A DNA stretch of 64,000 nucleotides from Mobula hypostoma (Eukaryota), in assembly GCF_963921235.1 (NCBI RefSeq), contig NC_086097.1, positions 136,030,001 to 136,094,000 of the forward strand. Reading direction: 5' to 3'. A program made the translations under genes and the position numbers. Shown piece after piece: positions 47,150-60,055 of this stretch. Position 1 is the first letter of the stretch. Each line of letters starts with the position of its first letter. Below the pieces are notes generated by a model. That model saw nothing but the letters and a program-made list of their open reading frames with translations, did no database searches and was not told the origin of the DNA.

Positions 47150-47995
47150 TTCCCACAGCCCTCCCCCCTCTCCATTTTCAAGTTTGCTGTGACACCACTG
47201 TCGTAGGCCGAATCACAGGTGGTGACGAATCAGCATATAGGAGGGAGATTCAGAATTGGCTGAGTGGTGCCATAACAACAACCTCTTGCTCAATGTCAGC
47301 CAGATCCGAAGAGCTGATGATTGATCTCAGGAGGAGGAAACCAAAGATCCAGTCCTTATCGGAGGATCGAAGGTGGAGAGGGTCAGCAACTCTAAATTCC
47401 TCATTGTTAATATTTTGGAGGACCTGCCCTGGGTCCAGCACGTAAATGCAATTCTGAAGAAAGCATGGCAGTGCCTCTACTTCCTTAAGAACTTGTGGAG
47501 ATTTGGCATGATATCTAAAACTTAGACAAACTTTTATAGATGTGTGGTGAAGAGTATATTGACTGGCTGTACACAGCCTGGTATGGAAATATTAATATCC
47601 TTGAACAGAAAACCCAACAAAACGTAATGGATATGGCCCAGTCCAACAAGAGCAAAGCCCTCTCCACCACTGAGCACATCTACACAAAATGTTGTCATAG
47701 GAAAGCAGTATCCATCATCAGTGATCCTCGCTACCCAGGTCATGCCCTTTTCTCTCGGTTGCCATCAGGAAGAAAGTACAGGAGCCTCAAGACTCAGACC
47801 AGCAGGTTCAGGAATAGTTTTTACCTCTCAACCATCAGGCTCTTGAAACAAAGGGGATAACTTCACTCTGCTTCACTTGCCCCATTATTGAAATGTTCCC
47901 ACAAACTTTGGACTCACTTTCAAGGATTCTCGGTGTTGTATATGGTGATATACAATATATGCACGTTGATAATAAATTTACTTTGAACTTTGAGA
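47150..47995 (+). mobile_element. Rex1/Babar-like LINE 3' portion
   Basis: DTTVVGRITGGDESAYRREI; HALFSRLPSGRKYRSLKTQTSRFRNSFY; TTTGAAC tail. Confidence 0.88.
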
Positions 47996-48597
47996 ACTTA
48001 AGGGTCGATTGGAAGTCCAGAAATTGAGGTCCGATGACTAGAGCGCTGAGTCTGCAAATCTCTGCGAGCTCACTTGGAGAGTCGAAGGCACAATGTCTGC
48101 GAGTTCAAGTTCACTCGAGGCTGGAGGCTGAAGATGGTCTGCCCTGGGGTTAGAGGACTGTGCGGGAGAAACAGTGCTTGTTTTACTGTGGTTTTGTCAC
48201 TTACAGTGTTCTGCCAAGCATCGTGGGCATACTATGTGTGGTGACACTTGTTGGTTTATCCCAGCACACCCTCGGGTGTGTTGATTTAACGCAGTTATTC
48301 ATTTCACTGTATGCTTCGGTGTTAATGCAATAAATAAATCAATCTGAATCTTGAATCAGTATGAGGACATGAGGAGACAGGGGTATGACAGGAGCTGGCA
48401 GGTGATAGGTGAGTCGAGGACAGTAATAGGTGAAGGGGTGAATGGAACAGGTTAACCAAAGCCTGCCCAAGCGCCACACAATTTCATTTCATAAGTATCA
48501 ATGTCAGGAATACAGTCCATGATGAACCTGTTCTAAGACAGCGTAAAACATCTCTTCAAAATTATCCTGACAGTTTGGTCTGGTATATATGACTAAC

Positions 48598-48665
48598 CAG
48601 TCAGACTCCATGCACTGAACATGCTCGGAACTATACACATCCTTCAAGAGGAAATACACACAGTG
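48598..48665 (-). CDS. Candidate exon of - gene (phase 0-2, HCVYFLLKDVYSSEHVQCMESD)
   Basis: Strong acceptor gttgttttattttctttatag, donor CTG|gttagt. Confidence 0.55.
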
Positions 48666-49154
48666 CTATAAAGAAAATAAAACAACGTAGATTAACAATA
48701 ATACAATATACACTATCTTGGCAGTGACCTTGTAGGATCACCATGGATAAATGTTTTTAGCAAATTTAATCTAACAATAAAAATTGTTGCTGATTCTTCC
48801 AAGCATCTGATGTGAAATTTCTGATGATGAGCTGACACATCATGCAATTTTCATGCCAAAAGAATTCAGATAAAAATAGGAATTAATTTGTACACCAAAA
48901 TCAGTCCATTTATACATTGCAAAAGCTGATGATTAGTTCAGTTCTGCTACATAACCATAAGAGATCATTTTTGATTATTAAAACCTCCAAAGTTTGGAGA
49001 ATATTACACTCTGCAGTTCTGGCCTGTTTCCATCACTTCACCTCTGCCTGTGTCTGAAGCCCAGGAATTCCCCCTCTAAACCTCTCCACCTCTCATTCAC
49101 TCTCTTCTTCAGTATGCCAATAGAATCCAGCTCCTTGGCCATCTATGACAGTAT

Positions 49155-49600
49155 TTCCTCTAAGGAAGGATGTGCTGGCTCAGGAGAGGTTCCAGAGGAG
49201 GTTCACGGGAATGAAATGCTTAATGTATGAGAAGAGTTTGATGGCTTTGGATCTGCACCCACTGGAGTTCAGAAGGATGTGAGGGAATCTCAGTGAAACC
49301 TAATGAACACTGAATGGCCGAGATAATGTCTTTGGAAAGGATGTTTCCATTGGTAGGACAGACTAGAATGAGAGGGCACTGCCTCAGTAAAAACAGCTGC
49401 CTGTTTAGAACTGAAATGAGGAGGAATTTCTTCAGCCAAAGACTGATGAATCTGTAGAGGTTATTGCCAAGTCATTGATGTATTTAAGGCAGAGACTGAT
49501 AGAAATGGGGTTAAGGGTTACAAGGGCAGGTGGGAAAATGTGGTTGTGAGAAAAAATCAGCCATGATTGAATGGTGGAGTAGAATTGATGGTCCAAATGG
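49155..49600 (+). mobile_element. CR1 3' fragment
   Basis: GAGGAGGAATTTCTTCAGCC and TCAGCCATGATTGAATGG 3' UTR. Confidence 0.8.
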
Positions 49601-49614
49601 TGAGAGAAAGAGAT

Positions 49615-50900
49615 CCACTTTCTTTGGCTCTGTCTCCATCTCAGGAGATAGATTATTCACCGACATCTTCTCAAACCCACTAATTCCCACAGTTACCTTG
49701 ACTACACCTCTTCCCACCCTTTCACTTGCAAGAATGTTATTCCCTTCTTTGCCTCCCCGTTACAATTCAAGACATTTAAGATGTCCTCTTTATTTCAGAA
49801 AATGGGGCTACCCACCCGCTACTGCTACCAATGCAACCTTAACTTGCATCTCTTCTATTTCCCCCGCGTGTACCCTCACCCCATTTCACACCCCCGTCAT
49901 AAAGTGATAGGATTCCCCTTATCCTTACCTGCCGTTCCACAGTGTTCTGCATCCAATATATCATTCTCTGCTAGTTTTGCCCATCTCCAACACGATCCCG
50001 CATCTCACCACCCCCCTCCCTGCCAACCCTCTCCTCTCTGCTTTCTGCAGTGATGTCTCTGTAATTCCCTTGTACACTGGCCTCTCCACAACTATCTGCC
50101 TTTAGGCTCTTAACCCTGCAAAGATGCTAAGTGTTATATCAGCTCCTACACCTCTCCCTCATCTCCATTCAGTCCTTCCAGGTGAGGTGACGCTGCACCT
50201 GTGGATCCATCAGTGTTTTTTCTTGTATCCAGTACTCCCAGTGTGCCCTCTTTTGTATCAGGGCAACTTGACACAGATTGGAGGACTGCTTTGTCAAGCA
50301 CCCTCGCCCTGTCTTTTATAACAGCTGGATCTCCCAGTGGCCAGCCATTTTACTTCCACATCCCATTCCCACATAGACATGTCTGTCCATGGTGTCTTCC
50401 ACTGTCAAGTTGAGGCCTGGCACAGATTAGAGAAGCAGCACCTCATATTCCACCCTGGTAGTCTCCAACCTGATGGTATGAACATCAATGTTGTTAGCTT
50501 CTGGTAATCACTCCCCTCTGTTCCCCACCTTTGCTCTCCCAGATCCCATCAGCCCTATACGCCTTCTCTTTCTCCTCCTATCTCTAACACATTCCTCTCT
50601 CCAGTTCCCCTGCTCACCTCCACCGGTCCAGTGTCATCTCCGATCAGGTTCCATCATCTTCAGCCCTTTGTCACCTCCACCTATCACCTCTCATTTTCTT
50701 AGATCATTCCCACTCCCCCATCCCCACTTACCTATCTCTCCCCTCTCACCTGGATCCACCAGCTCTCGTTCTACACCCCCTCCCCAACTTTCAGACTGGC
50801 TATCTCCCCTCATTCTTTACAGTCCTGAAGAAAGGTCTCAACCCAAAATTTTTGATTGCCCATACCTCTGACCCACGGAGTTCCTCCAGCATTTTGTGTG
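49615..50900 (+). mobile_element. Old Penelope-like 3' portion
   Basis: Collinear with the GIY-YIG region and UTR; decayed hammerhead CAGTCCTGAAGAAAGG at 50820. Confidence 0.8.
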
Positions 50901-51819
50901 AATCCTCGCCCAAAGCAGGACTGCCACTCATGGAAATACAAGAGACTGCAGATGCTGGAATCTGGAGCAACGCACATGATCCTGCAAGAACTCAGCGGGT
51001 CAACATCTATGCAGGGAAATGGACAGCTGATGTTTCAGGTCGAGGCCCCTCCGGCTGAAGGAGTAGAGATGAGATAGTCGGGTTAAGGAGGAAGGGTTGG
51101 AGTAAAAGTTGGCAGATGATAGATCCAGGAGAGGGAAGAGTAGAAATGGTGGCAGAGTCGGGTCACTGTCATCAATATCTCTTATGGTCTTATGGTCTCA
51201 ATAAGGTGTCACTGTAAACAATTGGTGCCAGGAGGAACCATTGCATCAAGCAGTCTCACTGAGCTTGTTTCCAGTAATTACCACTTGAGGACATAAATGT
51301 GCAGTGTCTAAATTACAGGATATCTAATTAAGTCCAAGGAGTTGTAACTAACAGGTTGTTAGCCAAGGGGCCCTCTCAAAGTTTCAGGTCCACAGATGCA
51401 GAACAATGGAGGTAATTACACTGATCACGGTGATTAACGAGGAATGTTCAAGTTTAGTCACTTGAAAAGCCACTGTTTCAAATTATAGTCAGACCAGCAT
51501 GGAGAGTTGTCAGGTTAGGAGCCAGGCAGAATTTTGGGGTAAAATTTGCACAACATTTATTTCATATCTCCTTTGATGAGTTGTAGTGCCTCCCTTTAAA
51601 GGACGAGATGTGGAAGATTCCCCCAGTGCAGGGCAATGTAAGAGGCATTTTCTCAAAGAATCAGGAGATCCCAGAGTCAAATACCACACCTGGAATTTGA
51701 GCACAAAGCCTGGTGGATGCATTGTGTGGCACCGGGGAAGGCGGGGGGGGGGGGGGCGGGTAACTGTGCTGCCTTTTGGGCCAGTCAATAATCTGAGATT
51801 ATATAGGGGGGAGGGGGCA

Positions 51820-52420
51820 AGAACATAGTGCATAGAACAATACAGCGCATGAAGAGGCAGTGTGGTCCACAATGATGTCCCAAACGAATTAAATCTAATT
51901 ACACTAATCCCTCTGCCTACACATGGTGCATATCCCTCCCATTCTCTGCATATTCACACGCCTAGCTAAGAACCTATTAAACTCTCCTTTCATATCTGTT
52001 TCCCTATCACATGCGGTTCATTCCAAGCACCCGCCACCCACTGTGTAAAATGACTTACCCTGCACAACTCGTTTGAAGTTTCTCCCTCACCTTAATTGCA
52101 TGCCCCTAGTATTAGACATGATGACAGTGCAAAGTAAAATACCAGTTGCCTCTCCAGTCTATGCCTCTCATAATTTTATAAACATGGATATAAGGTCACT
52201 GCTCTGCTTTTGCTGCTCCAGAAAAACAAACCTTGTATGCCCAACCTCTCCACACAATGTCTTCTACAACTTTCTAAAGCCTCCACACCTTTTCTCTAAT
52301 GGACTGACCAGAAGTGAATGCAGCATTCCATGCAGCCCAACCAGGCAACATAATTTCCTGACTCGTGTGCTCAGTGCACTGTCTGATAAATGGAAGCATG
52401 CCGTGTGCCTTCGTAAGAGG
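51820..52420 (-). mobile_element. Degenerate CR1 3' fragment
   Basis: CATAGAACA tail; KAHGMLPFI motif. Confidence 0.7.
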
Positions 52421-52546
52421 TTCATGCAATGTATTGTTGATGCCACCAACACCCTGATTCACCGCTGTAAACAACTGTTTTTGTTCAAATATTTGAGTCA
52501 ATAGAGTAACTTCATCCCTAAAGCCTCAAACCAAAGAGCTAGCATA

Positions 52547-53048
52547 AAACCTGATTTATACTGTGTCAACTCGACGCCATAACCTACGCAAGTGGCCTAT
52601 GCGCGTTGTGGGTATTTATACTTGTGTGTTGGTGTGTCTGCATCGCTCTACAATTCGGGTACGTCGCGCATGCGCACACACCTGCCCGCGCAAGGCTTCA
52701 TAGTCATGGTAGTCTTTCTTGGGGTGAACAAGTTTAAAGCGAACGTCTTTTTTTGTAAAAGCCAAATGTGTCCTCCATAATTTCGGAGGTCTGTAAAGCA
52801 TTGCAGCCAGAGTTCCTTCCCTGCCCTTCAGTCACCTAATGGGAAGCTATTGCAGTATAGGAGGAAATGCGATGCTGCCAAGCGGACCAATCACAGTTCT
52901 TACGGTCTGCGTTGCTGCGACGCGCAGTTACATTTTGGGAGAGGTGCGCGTCAGGCTCTGGCGTAGGGATCTGCTTCGGCTCTACGTAGGGTTTGCGGCG
53001 ATGCAATACTTACGGCGTCGGGTTGACGCACAAGTATAAATCAGGCTT
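52547..53048. mobile_element. Non-autonomous DNA transposon (MITE) with ~38-bp TIRs, TA flanks
   Basis: Left AAACCTGATTTATACCTGTGTCAACTCGACGCCATAA vs reverse complement of right AAGCCTGATTTATACTTGTGCGTCAACCCGACGCCGTAA; CpG-rich. Confidence 0.88.
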
Positions 53049-53445
53049 TAGGCTGCATTTGGTGAATGAAATCAGAATAACTGAAATAGTTAAAGTCAAA
53101 GTCAAAGAAAAATTTTATTATTAAAGGACGTATATGTCACCATATACTATACTATACCTTGAGATTCATTTTCTTACAGGAACTTACAGGAAAATAAAGA
53201 AACAATAAAATTTATGAAAAGCTATACATAACAAAGAATGACAAACAACTAAAGAAGACAAATTTTGCAAATTCTTGAAAGTGAGTCTGTAGGTTGTAAA
53301 ACTAGTTCAGAGTTGTGGCGAGTGAAGTTATCAATACCGGTTCAGTAGCCTGTTGGTTGTAGGGTAACAGCTTTGGACGCACGTACAACCTAAAGTAAGT
53401 TCTCCAAAGGATTGGAATCAGAATCAGATTTTTTATCACCAATTT

Positions 53446-53691
53446 ATAGTTAGTGACCACTTTATCCCAGGAGATCAGCATTTTCTGAGGTACTCAACAC
53501 CAATCATTCCATATCAAAGTCACTTAGATCACACTTCTTCTCCATTCTAATGTTAGTCTGAACAAGAACTGAACCTCTTGGCCATGTCTGCATGCTTTTA
53601 TGCATTGAGTTACTGCCACATGACTGGCTGATTAAATATTTTCATTAACAAGCAGATGTACTGGCATACCTAAAGCAGTGGCCACAGAGTG
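53446..53691 (-). mobile_element. Tc1-type MITE, older internally deleted copy
   Basis: TIR-like TAGTGACCACTTTAT and GTGGCCACAGAGTGTA; body is the reverse complement of 60090-60260. Confidence 0.7.
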
Positions 53692-54152
53692 TATGTGATG
53701 TGAAGTTCGTTGTTTTGTAATAAAGTCACTATAAAGTTACTATGAACAAATATTGCAAAAAAGGAATAACGAGGTAAGGTTAATAGCTTCATGGACCATT
53801 CTGAAATCTGAATGAGGAGCGGAAGAAGCTATTTCTGAACGGGGAGATGCCACCAACACTATCTGTACAAATTCCTCCAAATTCACTGGTAGGATAAGCC
53901 AATTAAAATCAGATCCCTCTCTTAGACCAATATCCCTAACACTTAATTTAACTTAATTTGTTCTCTAGGCAAAATCCCTAAACCAACATGAGATTAATCT
54001 CCATCACATGACCAGACAGGGAGGGGAAAAGATCCAAGGATGTTCTTAAATCTTTCTTAAAATGAAGAAGAAGCATTCAGATGGCACAGGGGACCTCCAT
54101 AATCTCAGAATGCCACTGGCATTTCCATGCACTAGGAGCAGATAAACCTCAC

Positions 54153-54199
54153 CGTGTGCGAAGTTCTTTAATCTTTTTCCTGTCTCTGCTTCTTAATGT
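54153..54199 (-). CDS. Candidate exon of - gene (phase 0-2, TLRSRDRKKIKELRTR)
   Basis: Branch actaac, pyrimidine tract attctgttcctacctccttcacgacaag, donor ACG|gtgagg; only one frame is open. Confidence 0.5.
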
Positions 54200-54429
54200 C
54201 TTGTCGTGAAGGAGGTAGGAACAGAATGTTAGTTTCCAGGGTTAGTGGTGGGCATGTGAAAAGAATCTCCACATCATAAACTGCTCATCCACCTGTTCCA
54301 CAAGAAACTGGTACCCCATGTGTGGAAGTGTCTTCACGTTCAATGTTGGCCTTAACAGTCAACTCAGGACCCACGATAACAAGGTGAAAGAGAGTCATTC
54401 TCAGTCTTGAGAAGAGGAAGTAAAATGTA

Positions 54430-54850
54430 TGATAGAACATAGAACATAGAAATTTACAGCACATTACAGGCTCTTCGGCCCACACTGTTATGCCGACCAT
54501 GTAACCTCCTCTAAAGGCTGCCTAGAATTTCCCCAGCACATAGCCCTCTAGTTTTCTAAGCTCCATGTACCTATCTAAGAGGCTCTTAAAAGACCCTATT
54601 GTATCCACTTCCATTACAGCTGCAGGTTGTGAATTCCACACACGCACCACTCTCTGTGTGAAAAACTTACCCTTGACATTGCCTCAGTACCCATTTCCAA
54701 GCACCTTAAAACTATGCCCCCTCATGTTAGCCACTTCAGCCCTGGGAAAAAAAAGCCTCTGGCTATCCACACGATCAATGCCCCTCATCAGCTTATACAC
54801 CTCTGTCAGGTCACCTCTCATCCCCCGTCACTCCAAGGAGAAAAGGCCAT
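54430..54850 (-). mobile_element. CR1 3' fragment
   Basis: (ATAGAAC)n tail; ACCACTCTCTGTGTGAAAAACTTACCC. Confidence 0.88.
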
Positions 54851-55736
54851 AATGGCATAGAAGAACAGAGAAGGCAAGGGATGAACCACACATGGAAGTC
54901 GCATTGAGCTTTGTTCTACTGTTATGTACCTGACAACCAATCAAACTTATCATCAAAGGAGGTTTTCTGTAGACATTATGAATATAAGGACTAACTCTAG
55001 CCATCCATAGATTTCTAGTTAATAATATATCACTCACTTCTTTTACAATATCAGGCATTTCTCAAGCTACTTCAGTTGTGCTACTTATAAAACATTCTTT
55101 TTCAACGTCTGGTTTGATGAAAGACTCTCAGTGACATTTGTTGCTCCACAATAAGTGTTTCTGCTTGACATTATTCCCCAATCAGAACAGACATTACACA
55201 TTCTCATTCTTTGATCTAAATCATTCCTGTTCCAACAATATTCCAGCAGGGATTGAAGCTTCAGGCTATAAGCATGCAAATAAAGGCCTCTATGGGTTAA
55301 CAGGTTTCATCTACTGTTACACTGAGAATAAATGCTTTCCAGCAAAGATACAGCTGTAGTGTCAACCCCTGTGCATTGAAATTGATTGCTATGGTGTATA
55401 ATTTTATAATCACTGAAATATACTACCTGCATCCTGTGTCAAACATGTGAAAGTTACTTTAATTTTGAGTTGGGAACCACAAGGATTAATGAAGCTGAAT
55501 CCACAAAATTGGTAGACTTAATGAGACACACAAAACAGGTTAGAAACAATAAGGTAAAAGATCATTAATTATGAATTTAAGGAAAAGGCACCTTGAGAAG
55601 AACAATGAAGGGGAGGGATAAATCTCATGTGGAAGGTTTGCTTTGAGCTTTGTATAGCTGTTCTGTACCAGACAATTATAACCACTGTGTCTGGTCAGAG
55701 AGAGGGTGGGTAATGCAGTTGAGGCTTAGGAGATAC

Positions 55737-55829
55737 TTATGATCCATAAGCGGGTCAAAAACTCATTCAACACATCAGCAGGCAGGTAAAAACTCCCAGA
55801 GCACAAGTATCCAATGGCTCTATGTCCTT
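55737..55829 (-). CDS. Candidate exon of - gene (phase 1-1, EGHRAIGYLCSGSFYLPADVLNEFLTRLWII)
   Basis: Very strong acceptor ccttacttcttctccttgtccctcttctcag; phase matches exon 58678-58828; donor gtatct is weak. Confidence 0.6.
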
Positions 55830-55949
55830 CTGAGAAGAGGGACAAGGAGAAGAAGTAAGGAGTCTCCACTTTCAATTATGTGCATCTCAGAAAGTTTATG
55901 CTGTTTTATGTTTACCAGTGCAGACTGGGCTAACGTCACAAAGAGGTGT

Positions 55950-56295
55950 GGCGGGCACAATGGTACAGTTAGATGAGCCACTGCCTCACTGCTCCAGTGA
56001 TCTAGGTTCAATCCTAATCACTGACACTCTCTAACACAAAATAATCTGCAGATTCTGGGGTCAAAGCAACACTCACAGCACGCTGGAGGAACTCAGCAGC
56101 TCGGGCAGCATCCGTGGAAAAGATTGGTCGACGTTTTGGGCTGGAACATCGACCAATCTTTTCCACGGTTGCTGCCCGACCTGCTGAGTTCCTCCAGCGT
56201 GTTGTGAGTGTTGCACTGATGCTCTCTGTATGGAGTTTGCAAATTCTCTCTGTGCGCAAATCTTCTGCTTTCCTCCCCTATCCCAAAGACAGGAT
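55950..56295 (+). mobile_element. V-SINE interrupted by a fold-back PLE
   Basis: B-box GGTTCAATCC at ~56005; V-domain TGTATGGAGTTTGC resumes at 56227. Confidence 0.7.
56033..56213. mobile_element. Fold-back PLE 3' end with 14-bp TSD
   Basis: Arms ~56065-56135 and ~56144-56214 are reverse complements; flanks CACTGACACTCTCT (56019-56032) and CACTGATGCTCTCT (56214-56227). Confidence 0.9.
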
Positions 56296-56685
56296 TATAT
56301 TCATTATTTCTGAGATATAACATGAAATTTGTTGCTTAGTGACAGCAGTGATAAGCGCTATACAATTGCAAACATAAATATAATAAATTATAGATTTATA
56401 AATTAGGGATAGATTAGAATCTGGGAACTGTTGATGAGAAAGTGGGGAGAATAAAATGCATTTAGTGTAAGGTTGGTGAAAGTGGGTGCTCGGTGATCAA
56501 TGTGAACTTTGTGTGCCAAGGGTCTGTTTCGTCCTACATGAACAATTAATTATCTGTAAAATCAAATCTCTGCTCTTGTGTCTGTTCTCAGTCCACGGTG
56601 ATATATGTATCCCTCGGTGTTTATATGAGGAGAATGAAAAATAAAACCTCAATGTCCTAGAAAACACAATAAACGGCAGATACTA

Positions 56686-56992
56686 GCAAGAGAAAATCTG
56701 TCAATACTGGAAATCCAAACAACACACACAAAATGCTGGAGGAACTCAGCAGGCCAGGCAGCATCTATGGAAAAGAGTACCGTCGATGTTTCAGACGGAG
56801 ACCTTTCATCAGGGCTGGAGAAAGAAGATGAGGTGAGGGGAGTGGGAGGAAGAAGTACAAGGTAGTGCGGGAGAAGGTGTAGGGGCAGGTGTGGCACTTG
56901 TTTGCTTTCAAGGACAAGTGCCAGGAGATAGATCGGTGGGGAGTGACCACTGCACAAGGAGCAATCCCTGCGGAATGCAGAAACTGGGGCAG
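56686..56992 (-). mobile_element. Internally deleted PLE 3' fragment; hammerhead core intact at 56780-56817
   Basis: CAGCC CUGAUGA AAGGUCUCCGUCU GAAAC AUC GACGG; NKCHTCPYT motif. Confidence 0.8.
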
Positions 56993-58004
56993 GGTTTAAC
57001 TTCACTCTAAGGATGTTATCCCATTAAGGTTTCTTTTTATCTCTTGCCTTGTGTGCACCATTTTTCCTTGAAATACACTATTAGAATTCAAATATCTGTT
57101 CTCAACCTTGTTAACTGCAGAGTCATCTATAATCTCCTACATTCCTTAAAACTCCATAGAAATATCAAGCTCATATCTTCACAGGTGCAATGTAAAACTT
57201 GCAGCAGCATTGCAGACACATCACTAAATCACCAACCACTAGAGTTTAGCAACACTATGACCACCTTGATCGCTTAGCACTAAAATGGACAGCTTTTCTG
57301 TTTTAGGTGTGTTCTTTCCTGTAAGAAGAATGTGTGTTTTTATGTTTTACTTGTGAATGCTGCCGATACGATGTCAAATACTTGTGAGGCTGCTGTGAGT
57401 AGCACATCTTTCCGCGCCATTGGTGGCATCCACCGGAAGTGCTGCCTCCAAAAGGGATCTTCGATCATCAAAGATTCCCACCATCCAAGCGATGCCATCC
57501 CTTCACAGTTATCATCAGGCAGGGAGTACAGAAGCCTGAGGTTCCATAGCATCAGTTGCAAGAAAGAGTTACTTCGCTTTAAACACTTAGTTCTTCAACT
57601 AAACTGCAAAACCCTTACTACCATAGTTTAACTGTATGACATTTCAATCACTTTGCACTAAAATGGACTTTGTTTTTTTTTGCTCTTCTAATTGTGCTCT
57701 TTCCTGTAAAAACTGGGTATAGTTTGCTCTTAATTTATATTTTTTTGGTGAATATTGTGCCTCTGATGCTATATGCCTGTGATCCACAGCAATATGCTTT
57801 CCATTGCACCTCTGCATATGACAATAAACTCAAGTTTATCATAGTCATAGTCATAGTCATACTTTATTGATCCCAGGGGAAATTAGTTTGACTTTGACAT
57901 AGCATCATACAAGTAGTGTTCTCAAGGAATCCTAATCTCTACTGTAGCTCACGCAGGGTACAACATGACTCTAATGTAATGATCCATTAACTGACTGTGC
58001 ACGT

Positions 58005-58627
58005 CTAAACTCATGTCCTGCTACAGGTGTGTAGTAGAGAGCATCCTAACAAGCTGTATCTCTGCATGGTACAGAAACTGCACTGCAGCAGACAGGAAAG
58101 GTGTGCAACAGGTGGTCAAAACTGCCCGGCGCATCACTGGCACCAGCCTACCTGCCATCAAGGACATATGTACAGAAAGGTGGCAGAAAATGGCAGTCAC
58201 ATCATGAAGGATCCCACCTACTGTCCTCATGAACTGTTTGACCCACTCCCACCAGGGAGGAGGCTACATAACCTCCATACCAGGACCACCAGTCTCAAGA
58301 ACGACTACATTAACAGTTAAAGCAGTAAGGCTGATCTACACCTCCACCTACTAACCCACCCCTCCACACCCCTCACCACCATTATATTATTTCCTGTCAG
58401 TCACTTTTTGTACAGACACTCCTGTGCCTAGTGTCACTTTATGGACATGCAATCAATCTACGTACACTATATAAGCGATCATATGTATTTATATTTATTG
58501 TGTTTTTTATGATTGTGTTCCTTATCTTATTGTGTTTTTTGTACTTTGATGGATCTGGATTAACAATTATTTTGTTTTCCTTTACACTTGTGTACTGGAA
58601 ATGACATTAGCAATCTTGAATCTTGAA
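58005..58627 (+). mobile_element. Rex1/Babar-like LINE 3' fragment
   Basis: YRCVVESILTSCISAWYRNC...QQVVKTARRITG; (AATCTTG)n tail. Confidence 0.88.
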
Positions 58628-58677
58628 ATCCCAGTGTTTCACTGGGTGATGTTTCCTGTGCCCCCGTGTTCTTTTAC

Positions 58678-58828
58678 CTAAAATCCTTTTAGTCTTATCA
58701 GGTGTACTGGAAAATACATTATACAACTGTGTAACATCTTTAAACAAAAGTTGAATTAAATGTGTATGGAGCAGCATCCAATTGTCCAGAAACTCTTCCA
58801 ATCCTTTGCCATCAAAGTCCAGAATTTG
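58678..58828 (-). CDS. Candidate exon of - gene (phase 0-1, QILDFDGKGLEEFLDNWMLLHTHLIQLLFKDVTQLYNVFSSTPDKTKRIL)
   Basis: Branch ctaac, acceptor ctctaataacccag, donor TAG|gtaaaa; only one frame is open over 151 nt. Confidence 0.65.
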
Positions 58829-59146
58829 CTGGGTTATTAGAGTTAGGTTAGGTTTCCTTATGGAAAGACATTGACTCCAGTTGCCTGGTATTCCTTTACG
58901 TCACCAATATTGTTAATATTTGGGGAGTTAACTGCAGCTCCCTTTTAAATTTGCTTGCAGTTTTGGGTAAACCTCTTGAGACATGAATATTGTCTCAGGA
59001 GGAGGCTCAGAATGAAACCTCACAGAGTGTGTCTTATTTCTGAGCTCTGGACAGTCTTGCATTACAATCTATGATGTTTTAGTTCTTGTTGTATTTATTA
59101 CTGTTAACTCTGTGAGCTTCATGTGGAAAAGGAATTTCCTTGTTAC

Positions 59147-59303
59147 CGACCTGGTGGATGGGACAATAAATTCATCTGAATCTCTGGTAGTATCTCTCCA
59201 GTGCTTGTTGCAAGTAGTCCATCTCCCAGCATAATACACAAGACCGAGGGCATTGCTGCCTGGCAGGCCAGGAGTTTTGTGTGGGTCAGAACTTCTTGAT
59301 TTT
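59147..59303 (-). CDS. Candidate exon of - gene (...SNALGLVYYAGRWTTCNKHWRDTTRDSDEFIVPSTRS); 5' boundary uncertain
   Basis: Donor TCG|gtaaca in phase 0 fits the next exon; acceptor is either cattttag (59304) or cctggcctgccag (~59262). Confidence 0.45.
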
Positions 59304-60055
59304 CTAAAATGTTTTTTTCTTCTTCAGATGCCCAAGGGCAATGGTGAATCTTTTTATCAGAATCTGCTTTCACCACAGCAATTGAAGGTACAACATCACA
59401 TTTTAAGGGCTTCAAAGCCCAATTGGTAATTGTTTTATTATTGTCACATGTACGAACATGCAATTAAAAACTTGCCATCCAGATAGTTCACTCATGCACA
59501 AGCAAATTGAGAAAGCAAAAATGGAAAAGAAAGCAGAATATGGAGTTACCATTCCAGAGAAAGTGCGGAGCAGATAAACAATAAATTTCAAGGGTCATGA
59601 CCAGGGAGATTTAGAGATGTCATTATCATCCAAGGAGGTCTGTCTGTTCAAGAATGGAAGCTGTCCTTGAGCCTGGTGGTACAAGTTCTCAAGTTTTGCA
59701 TCTGCTGTCTGACAGTGGAGAGAGGGAGCTGTGGAAAGAGGAAATGACTGAGGTGGAAAGGTCCTTGTTTATGTTGGTTGCTTTTCTGAGACAGTGGGAA
59801 ATGGAGGGGAATCTGGTTTTCCTGATTGACTAAGATGGGTTCATAACTTCATTTTCTAGTGTATCTTGGACAGAGCCGTTATCATACTGAACTATGATGC
59901 ATCTGAAAATAATGTTTTCAGCGATGCAAGTGTAGAAGTTGGTGAGTGCCAAAGTATGGATCAATTGTGGAAGAAATGTGAATTGCCACATCTCAAACAT
60001 TTCCCTCTTCTCCTAGTTTCAACACCACCTTGAGTGTTAAATCCGTTCTAACATA

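Noticed and set aside
55085..55266. Minus-strand exon LKLQSLLEYCWNRNDLDQRMRM...
   Set aside because: It has a plausible acceptor but needs phase 2, whereas the upstream candidate ends in phase 1, and it hits a stop before the downstream donor; left unresolved.
59143..59463. 106-aa ORF from the track as the coding frame
   Set aside because: Donor sites in that frame do not give the phase 0 needed for exon 58678-58828; another frame fits better.
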